Assembly: GCA_964391515.1 (NCBI GenBank)
Contig: CAYMML010000006.1
Span: 1 to 36,755 of the forward strand
Source of the DNA: an uncultured Thermodesulfovibrio sp.
GTDB taxonomy: Bacteria; Nitrospirota; Thermodesulfovibrionia; Thermodesulfovibrionales; JdFR-85
DNA: 36,755 bases
Direction of reading: 5' to 3'
A model generated the notes under the pieces. It ran no database searches. It saw only the letters and a list, made by a program, of their open reading frames with translations, and was not told where the DNA came from. Positions within the stretch are counted from its first letter, which is position 1. The number at the start of each line of letters is the position of its first letter. This document shows, in pieces, positions 25,782 through 34,953 of the stretch. The position numbers were made by a program, and so were the translations under genes.

Positions 25782-28412
25782 TCACTTCTCAGTCGCCTCC
25801 TTCACCTTTGTTGCCAGGGTGGTTTTAGAAAAGGGCTTCTGTATAAAACCTGATGCACCCTCTTTTATAAGTTCCCTTATCCCGGCAAGTCCCTCATGGC
25901 TGTATCCTGAGCAGATCAATACCTTTGCATCCTCTTTCAGTGATCTTATCTGCTGGAAGACCTCCGCACCATTCATCCCAGGCATTATCATGTCGAGTAT
26001 GACAAGGTCTATATCTTCCCTCCTCTGGCTGAACACCCTTACCCCTTCTCTGCCATCAGGGGCGGTGAGCACCTGGTAGCCAAGCGGTTCAAGATAGTCC
26101 TTTACGAGTTCCCTCAGGTGTTCCTCATCGTCAATAACGAGCACACAGCCCTCACCCCGGAGGTCTTCAATGGTTTTTGCGTCCTCCTTTTCGGTACCAC
26201 CCTGCAAAACCGGCAGATAGATGTTAAACCTGGTTCCCCTGCCTGGCTCTGAGTAAAGGTTTATGTAACCACCGTGGTTCGTGATTATGGAGTGCACAAT
26301 ATAAAGCCCAAGCCCTGTGCCCCTACCCTGCTCCTTTGTGGTGAAAAAGGGATCAAATATCTTGCTCTGCATATCCTTGCTTATACCCGCACCCGTATCA
26401 GAGACACTCACTTTTACAAAACCGCTTTCCCCTTTCACACCATTGGCGGCACCGTTTTCGGCACCCACCATATCCGTGGTCACAGTGATAGTGCCCCCTT
26501 CCGGCATGGCATCACGGGCGTTTATAATAAGGTTCATTATCACCTGCTGGATCTGCCCAGGATCCATCCTGATCTCAGGGATATCCCTGCGCAGTTTCGC
26601 CTTTATTTCTATATCTTTCGGGATACTCCTCTTCAAAAGTTCCAGGGTTTCTTCAACCACAAGGTTAATGTCAGACATCTTCAACTGGAGTTTCTCTTTC
26701 CTTGTAACATTTAATATCTTCTGTGCAAGTGATGCCCCCCGTTTTGCCGACTGTTCAATTATGTCTACCGATTTTATGAGTTTTTCATCCTCGGGTATCT
26801 CATCGCGCAGTATCTCTGCATAGCCAAGTACCGCCGAGAGGATGTTGTTAAAGTCGTGTGCTATACCCCCCGCAAGGGTGCCTATTGCCTCCATCTTCTG
26901 GGCACGGAGAAGTTGCTCGTAGAGTTTCTTTTCCTCCGAGATGTCTCTCTGTATAGAGATATAGTTTGTTATCTTTCCCTTTTCAATGAGGGGAAAGATG
27001 ATTGCCGATGCGGTGTACAACCCTCCGTCCTTCTTTTTGTTTACAAACTCCCCCTTCCAGGGCTTCCCGGAACTGATGGTCTCCCACAAATGTCTGTAAA
27101 ACTCCTCATCGTGAAGACCACTTTTCAGTATCCTTGGATTCTTTCCTATCACCTCATCCCTGCCATAGCCGGTAACCTGCTCAAAAGATGGGTTTACATA
27201 GGTGATATTACCATCGGTATCCGTTACAACTATAACATCGAAGGCGGTCTCGATGATCTGTTTGAACCTCTCAAGTTCGGAGGTTTCATCAATCCTCTGT
27301 ATGGCGACCGCCGCATCTGATGCTATCGCCATAAGTATCTCTTCGTCCTCTTCGGTAAAATCACCGGTCTTTTTGTTTGCAAAGTATAGTGAACCAAGAG
27401 GCCTCCCCTCCTTGGAAAAGATGGGATAGCCGAGGAAGTTCTTGATAAAGGGATGCCCTTCAGGAAAACGCCCTGAGAAGGCGGGATGGCTTGCAAGATC
27501 GTTCACCCTTACGGGAGCCATGGAAAACTTCATTAACTTCAAAAGCCCCTCCCCCTTTGGAAGTCTCCCTACCTTCTTCATCGTCTCATTGCCGTCAAGC
27601 CCATAGACCTTCAGGTGTTTGAAGTTTCCCTTCTCATCATACAGTGCAATGGCAGAGAGGTCTGCATGTATGAGTATTCGGGATTTCTCAAGTATCCCGT
27701 CCATGAGTTCGTCAAGTGTGCGGTCTTCGTTTAGGGAGACGGCTATGTTATGGAGAGTATCGGCCTGGAGTTGCCGTACCTCTGCGGTGGCAAGTGCATC
27801 GTTAATCGTCTCGACCAGTTCATCAAGTTCTGTAATGTTTGTGGGAACTGCACACTCCCCCCTGCCGATCCTGTACATTATACCTTTTATGGGCTCTGAT
27901 AGGTTTTTCCTGAGGATGATTATCACGAAAAGTATCATAAGCAGTATGGAAAACAGAAAGAGAGAGGTGTTGGCATTTAGTTCTCTCTTTATGGAGGCAA
28001 GTTGGGGGTAGTTTTTAACAACCACAAACTCGGCATCCCATGGCTTGTGGTAGTATCTGAAACCCCACCTTCCAGTAGAGTCTCCTTTAACCACGATCCC
28101 CTTCTCAGGAAGTTTTACAGACTCATTGAACCCTTCGCTCCTTAAAACCCCCTTCCCCCCGATGGTCACCCTGTACTCATACCCCTCCTTTTTCAGAGCA
28201 GGAAGCAGTCTATTTTTAACATCATCAAGATTTTTTGTATTCTTTAACAGGTCAAAAAACATGGTCATCTCGTTGCTGATCATGCTCTCCTCGTAATGTC
28301 TGCTTATCTTCTGGATGATAAACTGGGAACGGAGGATTGTAAACAGTGCAAGAACACCCATCATTACAATGACAGGAAGCAGGATCTTCTCTTTTATGCT
28401 CCTTGTCTTCAT
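25782..28412 (-). CDS. Hybrid sensor histidine kinase (2 TM, HAMP-like, GAF, PAS, HisKA, HATPase, REC)
   Basis: H-box LAGGIAHDFNNIL, N-box NLIINARDAM, DTGAG, FDPFFTTK, GTGLGL, receiver LDMIMPGMNG...IQKPF, PAS YVNPSF...GKNPRILKSG. Start ATG 28412 overlaps the yeiH stop (ATGA). Confidence 0.93.
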   Translation of the reverse strand: MKTRSIKEKILLPVIVMMGVLALFTILRSQFIIQKISRHYEESMISNEMTMFFDLLKNTKNLDDVKNRLLPALKKEGYEYRVTIGGKGVLRSEGFNESVKLPEKGIVVKGDSTGRWGFRYYHKPWDAEFVVVKNYPQLASIKRELNANTSLFLFSILLMILFVIIILRKNLSEPIKGIMYRIGRGECAVPTNITELDELVETINDALATAEVRQLQADTLHNIAVSLNEDRTLDELMDGILEKSRILIHADLSAIALYDEKGNFKHLKVYGLDGNETMKKVGRLPKGEGLLKLMKFSMAPVRVNDLASHPAFSGRFPEGHPFIKNFLGYPIFSKEGRPLGSLYFANKKTGDFTEEDEEILMAIASDAAVAIQRIDETSELERFKQIIETAFDVIVVTDTDGNITYVNPSFEQVTGYGRDEVIGKNPRILKSGLHDEEFYRHLWETISSGKPWKGEFVNKKKDGGLYTASAIIFPLIEKGKITNYISIQRDISEEKKLYEQLLRAQKMEAIGTLAGGIAHDFNNILSAVLGYAEILRDEIPEDEKLIKSVDIIEQSAKRGASLAQKILNVTRKEKLQLKMSDINLVVEETLELLKRSIPKDIEIKAKLRRDIPEIRMDPGQIQQVIMNLIINARDAMPEGGTITVTTDMVGAENGAANGVKGESGFVKVSVSDTGAGISKDMQSKIFDPFFTTKEQGRGTGLGLYIVHSIITNHGGYINLYSEPGRGTRFNIYLPVLQGGTEKEDAKTIEDLRGEGCVLVIDDEEHLRELVKDYLEPLGYQVLTAPDGREGVRVFSQRREDIDLVILDMIMPGMNGAEVFQQIRSLKEDAKVLICSGYSHEGLAGIRELIKEGASGFIQKPFSKTTLATKVKEATEK

Positions 28413-29353
28413 ATCATAAGAAAGACTATCAGTATGGCACACACCGTTACAGTCATGGTGACAATGGCAGAAAAGAACGGCCTGAACCCCATCTCTGAAA
28501 CAGCCCCGATATCTGCCCTGAGCCCGATGGCGGTGAGTGTAAGTGTCAAAAAGAGCGTTGCCGCCCTCCCAAGGTACGTGATCATGCCTTCCGGGATCTG
28601 AACGAGATTTGCAATCAGAACAAATATGATAAAAAAGAGCATAAACCTCGGCACCTTCAAAAACCCCCTCCTCATCCCTGAAAACAGCACACCAAAGGCA
28701 ACCATAAAGACAAGGGAGGCAATTCGGAGATACTTGAATTTAAGGGCAAGGGTAAGGGTTGTTACATCTATCTGTGAGGCGGCAGACTTGACAAGCCCAA
28801 GCATGGGAAGTGTGGCACCAGACATGAATGCGTAAACCCATGGGGTCAGGATACCGAGATCCTTCAGGAAGGGGTATATCACGGTAAACACAATCCCGGC
28901 GGTCATCACCGCAAGGACTGAAACTGATGTCTCCTCTCTCCTTGCACCTATTGCAGGTGAGATAACCGCTATTGCCGAGGCACCACAGATTGACAGCCCC
29001 GATGCGATTAGTATGGAGGTGTTGGTGGAAAGAGAGAAGATCTTTTTTGATATCACCAGCCCTAATATCAAGGTGAATATAAAAACCAGATATACTGCCA
29101 AAACGGAGTTTCCAGACAAACCACCTTCAAATCTTAACTGAAACCCGTACAGGGATATCCCAATAGGCAGAAACCACCTGATCGCATCCCTTATGCCTTT
29201 TTCAAACTCACTTCCCCGCTCAACGAGGTTGGATATGATTATTCCAAGGGTTATACCAAGCACAAGGGGGTCAAAAACAGAACTCAGGAAGGAGATGCCA
29301 TAGGATACTCCCCCTATACCCAGAACAGTCAAAAAACCATTTCTCCTCCCCAT
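28409..29353 (-). CDS. YeiH/UPF0324 family membrane protein (putative sulfate exporter)
   Basis: Polytopic; GISLYGFQL and signature ASGLSICGASAIAVISPAIGA. Confidence 0.85.
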   Translation of the reverse strand: MGRRNGFLTVLGIGGVSYGISFLSSVFDPLVLGITLGIIISNLVERGSEFEKGIRDAIRWFLPIGISLYGFQLRFEGGLSGNSVLAVYLVFIFTLILGLVISKKIFSLSTNTSILIASGLSICGASAIAVISPAIGARREETSVSVLAVMTAGIVFTVIYPFLKDLGILTPWVYAFMSGATLPMLGLVKSAASQIDVTTLTLALKFKYLRIASLVFMVAFGVLFSGMRRGFLKVPRFMLFFIIFVLIANLVQIPEGMITYLGRAATLFLTLTLTAIGLRADIGAVSEMGFRPFFSAIVTMTVTVCAILIVFLMI

Positions 29354-29363
29354 TTGAGATGAG

Positions 29364-29392
29364 ATTATACTAAATTTTGTTAATAATTACAA
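29364..29392 (-). promoter_or_regulatory. Sigma70 promoter of yeiH-kinase, predicted TSS about 4 nt before the ATG
   Basis: Minus strand TTGTAA-N17-TATAAT; no SD before ATG 29353. Confidence 0.7.
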
Positions 29393-29646
29393 GTTGTTTT
29401 TGTTTTATATTTTTCGCTACAAGGTAGATTGGTTGCATAAAGTGACAACAACTATAAAAAAGTAACCGTCATGACACAATAACATCCCCCTATCTGATAG
29501 AATATAACCACCAATTAAGGGAGATTCAGAAAAGAAAAACATCCGGATAGCCTTCTCTTGATGGAATATTAAAAGCAGGGAAATGTTAAGGGCTAAATAA
29601 TGTCAAAGGGAAAACAGGTTACCCCTTTAGGATAAGGAGGTTTGTT

Positions 29647-30552
29647 ATGAAAATCGGCATGATAGGGCTTGGCAGGATGGGGATGAACATGGCTCGCAGG
29701 CTTCTGAGGGGTGGGCACCAGGTTGTTGCCTACAACAGAACCCCGGAAAAGACAAGGACACTCGTTGATGAGGAGGGGGCTGAGGGGATTTTCGATCTGG
29801 AGGACTTTTCTAAAGCACTCACTCCACCCAGGCTGGTTTGGATGATGCTGCCTGCCGGCCCCCCCGTGGATGAGCAGATCGGTAAACTCGTGAGTGTTCT
29901 TGAAAGAGGTGATATTATAATAGACGGTGGAAACACCTATTACAGGGATGATCTCAGGAGAGAAGAGAGCCTTAGAAAAAAGGGTATTGGTTTTGTTGAT
30001 GTGGGCGTAAGCGGAGGGGTGTGGGGGCTTAAAGAGGGATACTGCCTCATGGTGGGTGGAAAGAGAGAACACTTTGATATATTAGAGCCAGTTTTTGAGA
30101 CGCTTGCACCACCAGGCGGGTACCTATACTGCGGAGGCACCGGAAGCGGGCATTTCATTAAGATGATCCATAACGGCATAGAGTATGCCATGATGGAGGC
30201 ATACGCCGAGGGGTTTGAACTCCTTGAGGCATCTCCTTACGGTAGCGGGGTAGAATACTCAGCACTTGCCCGTCTATGGAACCAGGGTAGTGTAATCAGG
30301 TCGTGGCTTCTTGAACTGCTTGAGGTTGCCTTCAAGAAGGATCCCTCACTTGGTTCCATTGCACCTTATGTGGAAGACTCCGGCGAGGGTAGATGGACGG
30401 TTGAAGAGGCGGTTCAACTGTCTGTGCCTGTGCCGGCTATTTCGGCAAGTCTCTTCAGGAGGTTCCGGTCAAGAGAACAGAACTCCTTTGGTGAGCGGCT
30501 AATTGCCGCACTGAGGGCAGAGTTTGGTGGTCACAGCATTAAGAGAAAGTGA
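29647..30552 (+). CDS. gnd: 6-phosphogluconate dehydrogenase, decarboxylating (short YqeC-type)
   Basis: GLGRMG, IDGGN, VSGGVWG, GHFIKMIHNGIEY, DSGEGRW, FGGH; 301 aa. Confidence 0.95.
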   Translation: MKIGMIGLGRMGMNMARRLLRGGHQVVAYNRTPEKTRTLVDEEGAEGIFDLEDFSKALTPPRLVWMMLPAGPPVDEQIGKLVSVLERGDIIIDGGNTYYRDDLRREESLRKKGIGFVDVGVSGGVWGLKEGYCLMVGGKREHFDILEPVFETLAPPGGYLYCGGTGSGHFIKMIHNGIEYAMMEAYAEGFELLEASPYGSGVEYSALARLWNQGSVIRSWLLELLEVAFKKDPSLGSIAPYVEDSGEGRWTVEEAVQLSVPVPAISASLFRRFRSREQNSFGERLIAALRAEFGGHSIKRK

Positions 30553-30634
30553 CCGCGGAAATTTGAAAATATAGCGTATAACCTTGTAAAATGAGGAAAG
30601 TTTCAGTTTCCATTCTCAGGAAGGAGGAGTTAAT

Positions 30635-31783
30635 ATGCCAGGCAATCCATTAAAGGAACTAATCAGGTATGGCCAGAGTTTCTGGTACGATAATATCAGC
30701 CGGGAGATTATAGACTCAGGTGAGTTGAAGAGGATGATAGAGGAGGAGGGTCTTCGTGGCGTCACCTCCAACCCATCCATTTTCTATAAGGCAATCAAGT
30801 CCACCAACGCCTATGATGATGAACTCTTGAGAATTATCAATCAAAGCCCGGATATAGATAACAAAACGCTCTTTTTTGAACTTGCCATCAAAGATATAAA
30901 GGATGCCTGCAACCTCCTCCTGCCAGTTTATGAAGAAAGTGATGGTGAGGACGGCTTTGTAAGCATCGAGGTTGACCCTCACCTTGCCTACGATACACAG
31001 GGTACAATCAGGGAGGCTCTATCATTAACCGAAAAGATTGGTATGCCGAACCTGATGATAAAGGTTCCGGCAACTGTTGAAGGGCTACCTGCAATCGAGG
31101 AGTTGATATACCTTGGCAAAAACATAAACGTAACCCTCCTCTTTTCTGTGGAAAGATACGAGGCGGTGATAGATGCCTATCTCAGGGGGCTTGAAAGGAG
31201 GCTTGCCGATGGGAAACCGCTTGATACGGTAAACTCGGTGGCAAGTTTCTTTGTAAGCAGGGTGGATACAATGGTTGACAGGATGCTCGAAGAAATGGCC
31301 GAGAAGGCTAAAGACGATGAGGAAATAAGCCGGATAAAAGCCCTGATGGGACGCACGGCAGTGGCAAATGCACAGATCGCTTACCAGTCCTTCAAAAAAC
31401 TTTTCGGCTCTGACAGGTTCCTCAAACTGCGGAGGGAAAAGGCAAGACTTCAGAGGTTACTTTTTGGTAGTACCAGCACAAAAAACCCTGCCTATAGTGA
31501 CATACTGTATGTGCAGGAACTAATAGGCCCCGGCACCGTGAACACCATGCCCGATGCCACCTGGCGGGCATTTAAGGAGCACGGGAATCCGGGTAGAACC
31601 ATCGATTTGAACCCTGATCAGGCCTTCAGGACGGTGGAGGAGGTGAAAAATCTGGGCATAGACCTTGCTTCTATAACCGACACCCTTGAAAAGGATGGCG
31701 TTAAACAGTTTGCGGATGCCTTTGACTCTCTGATAGAACTGATAGAGGAAAAGAGAAAAACCTTTACCACCGAAAAGGTATAA
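30635..31783 (+). CDS. tal: Transaldolase (long type)
   Basis: GVTSNPSIF, VSIEVDP, MIKVPAT, NVTLLFS, SVASFFVSRVD, STSTKNP, TVNTMP. Confidence 0.95.
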   Translation: MPGNPLKELIRYGQSFWYDNISREIIDSGELKRMIEEEGLRGVTSNPSIFYKAIKSTNAYDDELLRIINQSPDIDNKTLFFELAIKDIKDACNLLLPVYEESDGEDGFVSIEVDPHLAYDTQGTIREALSLTEKIGMPNLMIKVPATVEGLPAIEELIYLGKNINVTLLFSVERYEAVIDAYLRGLERRLADGKPLDTVNSVASFFVSRVDTMVDRMLEEMAEKAKDDEEISRIKALMGRTAVANAQIAYQSFKKLFGSDRFLKLRREKARLQRLLFGSTSTKNPAYSDILYVQELIGPGTVNTMPDATWRAFKEHGNPGRTIDLNPDQAFRTVEEVKNLGIDLASITDTLEKDGVKQFADAFDSLIELIEEKRKTFTTEKV

Positions 31784-31788
31784 CCCGC

Positions 31789-32505
31789 ATGTTCAGAACC
31801 ACCAGATTCATCGTCATTTTAACGGTTCTGGTTTTACTCTCTAACTGCGCCTCCCTTGAGACAGAAAGACAGAAGGAGGCAGAGAGCCATTATAAGATGG
31901 CCATCTCTCACCTCAATGAGGGCGAGTACCAGCCAGCCTATGTGGAGTTAGAGAAGGCCATCAGACTGAATCCTGAAGAAAAGCGTGCCTACTACGCACT
32001 TGGCATCGTATATCATTATTTTGAGGAGTACTCAAAGGCAGAAGACAGTTTAAAAAAGGCGATATCGCTTGATCCCACTTACTCCGAGGCATATAACCTG
32101 CTCGGTCTTGTACTCATCAAACTGAAAAGGATGGATGAGGCAATTGAGGCTTTCAAAAAGGCGCTGGATAACCCATTATACCAACATCCTGAGAAGGCAT
32201 TTACGAACCTTGGAAACCTCTATTACAGGAAGGGTGATTTTAAGGTGGCACTTGAGTATTATAAAAAGGCACTCAAGCGGGCACCCAGATACCCTGTTGC
32301 ATACTATGGAATTGCCCTATCCTACAATGCCCTCGAGAGGTTTGGTGATGCCTCAGAGGCGCTACGGGAGGCGATCAAACTTGACCCAGAAATCGGCGGA
32401 GATGTGGGACGCGCAGAGGAGGTCTTCACAAGAAAGAAGTTGTCTTCCACATCCCGTGAGGAGGAACAGGACTATATAGACCTACTTGATATACTCCACT
32501 ACTGA
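31789..32505 (+). CDS. TPR lipoprotein, PilF/PilW/Tgl-like pilotin candidate
   Basis: Lipobox LSNC, consecutive TPRs, NPLYQHPEKAFTNLG pattern as in PilF/Tgl-type proteins. Confidence 0.75.
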   Translation: MFRTTRFIVILTVLVLLSNCASLETERQKEAESHYKMAISHLNEGEYQPAYVELEKAIRLNPEEKRAYYALGIVYHYFEEYSKAEDSLKKAISLDPTYSEAYNLLGLVLIKLKRMDEAIEAFKKALDNPLYQHPEKAFTNLGNLYYRKGDFKVALEYYKKALKRAPRYPVAYYGIALSYNALERFGDASEALREAIKLDPEIGGDVGRAEEVFTRKKLSSTSREEEQDYIDLLDILHY

Positions 32506-32514
32506 TCATACCAG

Positions 32515-32898
32515 ATGATAGATCCTTTAAGACTTTACACAGAGGCAGAAAAGGCGCTCACAAACGCCGGGGCAGAGACATCAGGGTTCAGGGTCGGGGC
32601 GGCGGTCGTTGACGAGACCGGAAGGGTGTTTACTGGTTGTAATCAGGAAAACCCTTCCATCACTCAGGTTATATGCGCCGAACGCCTTGCCATCTTTAAA
32701 GCCCTCTCTGAGGGTGCAAAGTCTATTAAGGCGGTACTCATACTCTCCGAATTTGATGAGTACTGCTACCCCTGCGGAAGTTGCAGGCAGTTGATCTTTG
32801 AGTATGGCCCTGACGCACAAATATACATCACCTCCGGCAGAGGTATTATGAGATACAGTATAACCGAACTCTTACCCAATCCCTTTGTCAGAAAGTGA
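32515..32898 (+). CDS. cdd: Cytidine deaminase (homotetrameric type), diverged
   Basis: FRVGAA, GCNQEN, CAER, PCGSCRQ. Confidence 0.82.
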   Translation: MIDPLRLYTEAEKALTNAGAETSGFRVGAAVVDETGRVFTGCNQENPSITQVICAERLAIFKALSEGAKSIKAVLILSEFDEYCYPCGSCRQLIFEYGPDAQIYITSGRGIMRYSITELLPNPFVRK

Positions 32899-32905
32899 GG
32901 CTATT

Positions 32906-34078
32906 ATGTTGAAAGGATACCGATTTTCTGTGGTTTCAGCCGGCATAAAATACAAAGACCGCAACGATATGGGGCTGATCTTATCAGACCTTCCTGCAGT
33001 AGCAGCAGGCGTCTTTACCAAGAACAGGGTGAAGGCAGCACCGGTAAGGCTGAGCAGGAGGCGGCTCATGAGGCCCAGCGCAAGGGCGATAATTGTAAAC
33101 AGTGGTAATGCAAACGCATGCACGGGCAGACAGGGGATGCTTGATGCCCTTGCCCAAACGAAACTGGTGGCAGACATACTGAAAATCCCGGAAAGGGAGG
33201 TCCTGGTTGCAAGCACAGGTGTCATAGGAACCCCTCTCCCAATGGCCAAACTGAAAAAGGCCATCCCCCTTCTGGCCGAGAATGTCGGCAGTGCAAACCT
33301 CCTTGATGTTGCAAAGGCGATTATGACCACCGATACATTTCCGAAGATATCTCAGCATTCAATCAGAATTGGTAGAAAGATATGCCATATTGAAGGAATT
33401 GCAAAGGGTGCCGGAATGATAGCGCCTGACATGGCAACCATGCTTGCCTTCATCCTTACAGATGCCCTCCTTGAACCAGAATTTGCAAAAAGGGTGTTGA
33501 AAGAATGCATTGATGAAACATTCAATTCTATAAGTGTTGATGGGGATACAAGCACTAACGATACCGTCTTTCTGCTGGCAAACGGGGCATCTTCAGCACA
33601 GCCAATTGATGCCACCTCTGGTGCATCCAAAAGATTCAGAAACTCACTCCTGAAGGTCTGTGATGAACTTGCAACCATGATCGTCCGTGATGGCGAAGGT
33701 GCATCCAAAAGACTTGTTATAAATGTAAGAGGTGCAAAGACCCCTAAAGAGGCACAGATGATTTCAAGGACAGTAGCCAACTCCATGCTCGTAAAAACAG
33801 GTTTTTCAGGAACAGAACCCAACTGGGGCAGGGTTGTTGCTGCGGTTGGAAGGGCAGGTGTGCCAATAAGGGAGGATAGCATCAGTCTTGCCATTAATGG
33901 AGTTCGTATTTTCAGCAAGGGAAGCCCCACCGGCAAGGAAGATGTACTCAGAGAGAGGTTATCTGGTGATACAGTGGAGATACTTATAGACCTTAACCGT
34001 GGAGCCGTCAACTCCACCTTTCAGACCTCTGACCTCACCGAAGAATATGTGAGGATAAATGCAGACTATCTAACCTGA
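32906..34078 (+). CDS. argJ: Bifunctional glutamate N-acetyltransferase / ornithine acetyltransferase
   Basis: NSGNANAC, STGVIG, IMTTDT, autocleavage KGAGMIAPDMA|TML, DGDTSTND, RDGEGA, NWGR; start ATG 32906 after GAGG. Confidence 0.97.
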   Translation: MLKGYRFSVVSAGIKYKDRNDMGLILSDLPAVAAGVFTKNRVKAAPVRLSRRRLMRPSARAIIVNSGNANACTGRQGMLDALAQTKLVADILKIPEREVLVASTGVIGTPLPMAKLKKAIPLLAENVGSANLLDVAKAIMTTDTFPKISQHSIRIGRKICHIEGIAKGAGMIAPDMATMLAFILTDALLEPEFAKRVLKECIDETFNSISVDGDTSTNDTVFLLANGASSAQPIDATSGASKRFRNSLLKVCDELATMIVRDGEGASKRLVINVRGAKTPKEAQMISRTVANSMLVKTGFSGTEPNWGRVVAAVGRAGVPIREDSISLAINGVRIFSKGSPTGKEDVLRERLSGDTVEILIDLNRGAVNSTFQTSDLTEEYVRINADYLT

Positions 34079-34094
34079 GGCTATGGATACGATG

Positions 34095-34123
34095 TTGACA
34101 GCACTATTAAAGGCAGGTATACT
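34095..34123 (+). promoter_or_regulatory. Near-consensus sigma70 promoter about 265 nt upstream of the Rid-family gene
   Basis: TTGACA-N17-TATACT. Confidence 0.8.
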
Positions 34124-34200
34124 TTCACAAAACACTGGTCTGTTGAGATTTAATAATATTATCTACATTCATAAAGCCAACAACCCTGATGGAGCAGCAC

Positions 34201-34344
34201 AGGCAGAACTCAGGAGAGCACCGAATTTTTGCGATACCTCAAGTGCCGTGAAACGATCGCCGGTATTGCTATTATCACTGCCCAAGAGATGTTTTTATTA
34301 TCGAATAAAATCGCATTAAATTCGGGTTCTATGGAGGTCTGCCT
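34201..34344. repeat. 144-bp element with ~35-bp imperfect terminal inverted repeats (MITE-like or structured leader RNA)
   Basis: Left AGGCAGAACTCAGGAGAGCACCGAATTTTTGCGAT vs reverse complement of right AGGCAGACCTCCATAGAACCCGAATTTAATGCGAT. Confidence 0.6.
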
Positions 34345-34394
34345 GCTTTAACTGACATTATTAATGTTACAAGTAGCATAAAAGAGGAGGAAGC

Positions 34395-34850
34395 ATGAAC
34401 ATAAAAGAGAGGCTTAAAGAAATGGGGATAACACTCCCACCCCCGCCCTCACCGGCAGGCTCCTACATCCCTGCTATAAAGACCGGCAATCTCATATTCC
34501 TGAGCGGGGTTTTACCGTTTCAGGATGGAAAACTCCCCATCACCGGGAGGGTGGACAAAGAGGTGACAATTGATGAGGCTTTTAGACTTGCAAGGATTGT
34601 GGTACTGAACGCCCTGTCCATCGTGGATGCAGAATTCGGGCTTCAGAATATCAGCAGATGTATCCGCATTAACGGTTTTGTTGCATCTTCCGAGGGTTTC
34701 TATAAGCAGCCACAGGTGCTAAACGGGGCATCGGACTTCCTGAAAGATGTCTTTGGGGAGGCAGGAAGACACACGAGAACCGCAATAGGGGCATTCAGCC
34801 TCCCCCTAAATTCTCCGGTTGAGATAGACTTTGTTTTTGAGACGGTTTAA
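34395..34850 (+). CDS. RidA/YjgF/UK114 family protein (Rid1-like)
   Basis: GSYIP, FLSG, INGFVAS, PQVLNGAS, GRHTRTAIG, LPLNSPVEI; GAGGAGG SD. Confidence 0.92.
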   Translation: MNIKERLKEMGITLPPPPSPAGSYIPAIKTGNLIFLSGVLPFQDGKLPITGRVDKEVTIDEAFRLARIVVLNALSIVDAEFGLQNISRCIRINGFVASSEGFYKQPQVLNGASDFLKDVFGEAGRHTRTAIGAFSLPLNSPVEIDFVFETV

Positions 34851-34953
34851 TTGTCCTTGCCGCATTTGTTCTTATACTAAAAGAAATGACAAGGTCTTGT
34901 TTCTCTTAGTTACAGGTTGGAATAAGAGTAAAGGTGGATAATGCAATGGTTTC

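Noticed and set aside
19507-33358. Numerous 60-220 aa ORFs antisense to or nested in metG, ricT, gyrA, hemB, the kinase, gnd and argJ
   Set aside because: Overlap well-supported genes and lack SD or motifs; expected shadow ORFs.
34184-34226. Glycine-riboswitch-like words (GGAGAG, CCGAA, CTCAGG)
   Set aside because: Elements are in the wrong order and the aptamer stems cannot be built.
34083-34319. 78-aa ORF between argJ and the Rid gene
   Set aside because: Starts upstream of and runs through a consensus promoter and the inverted-repeat element; no protein-like motifs.
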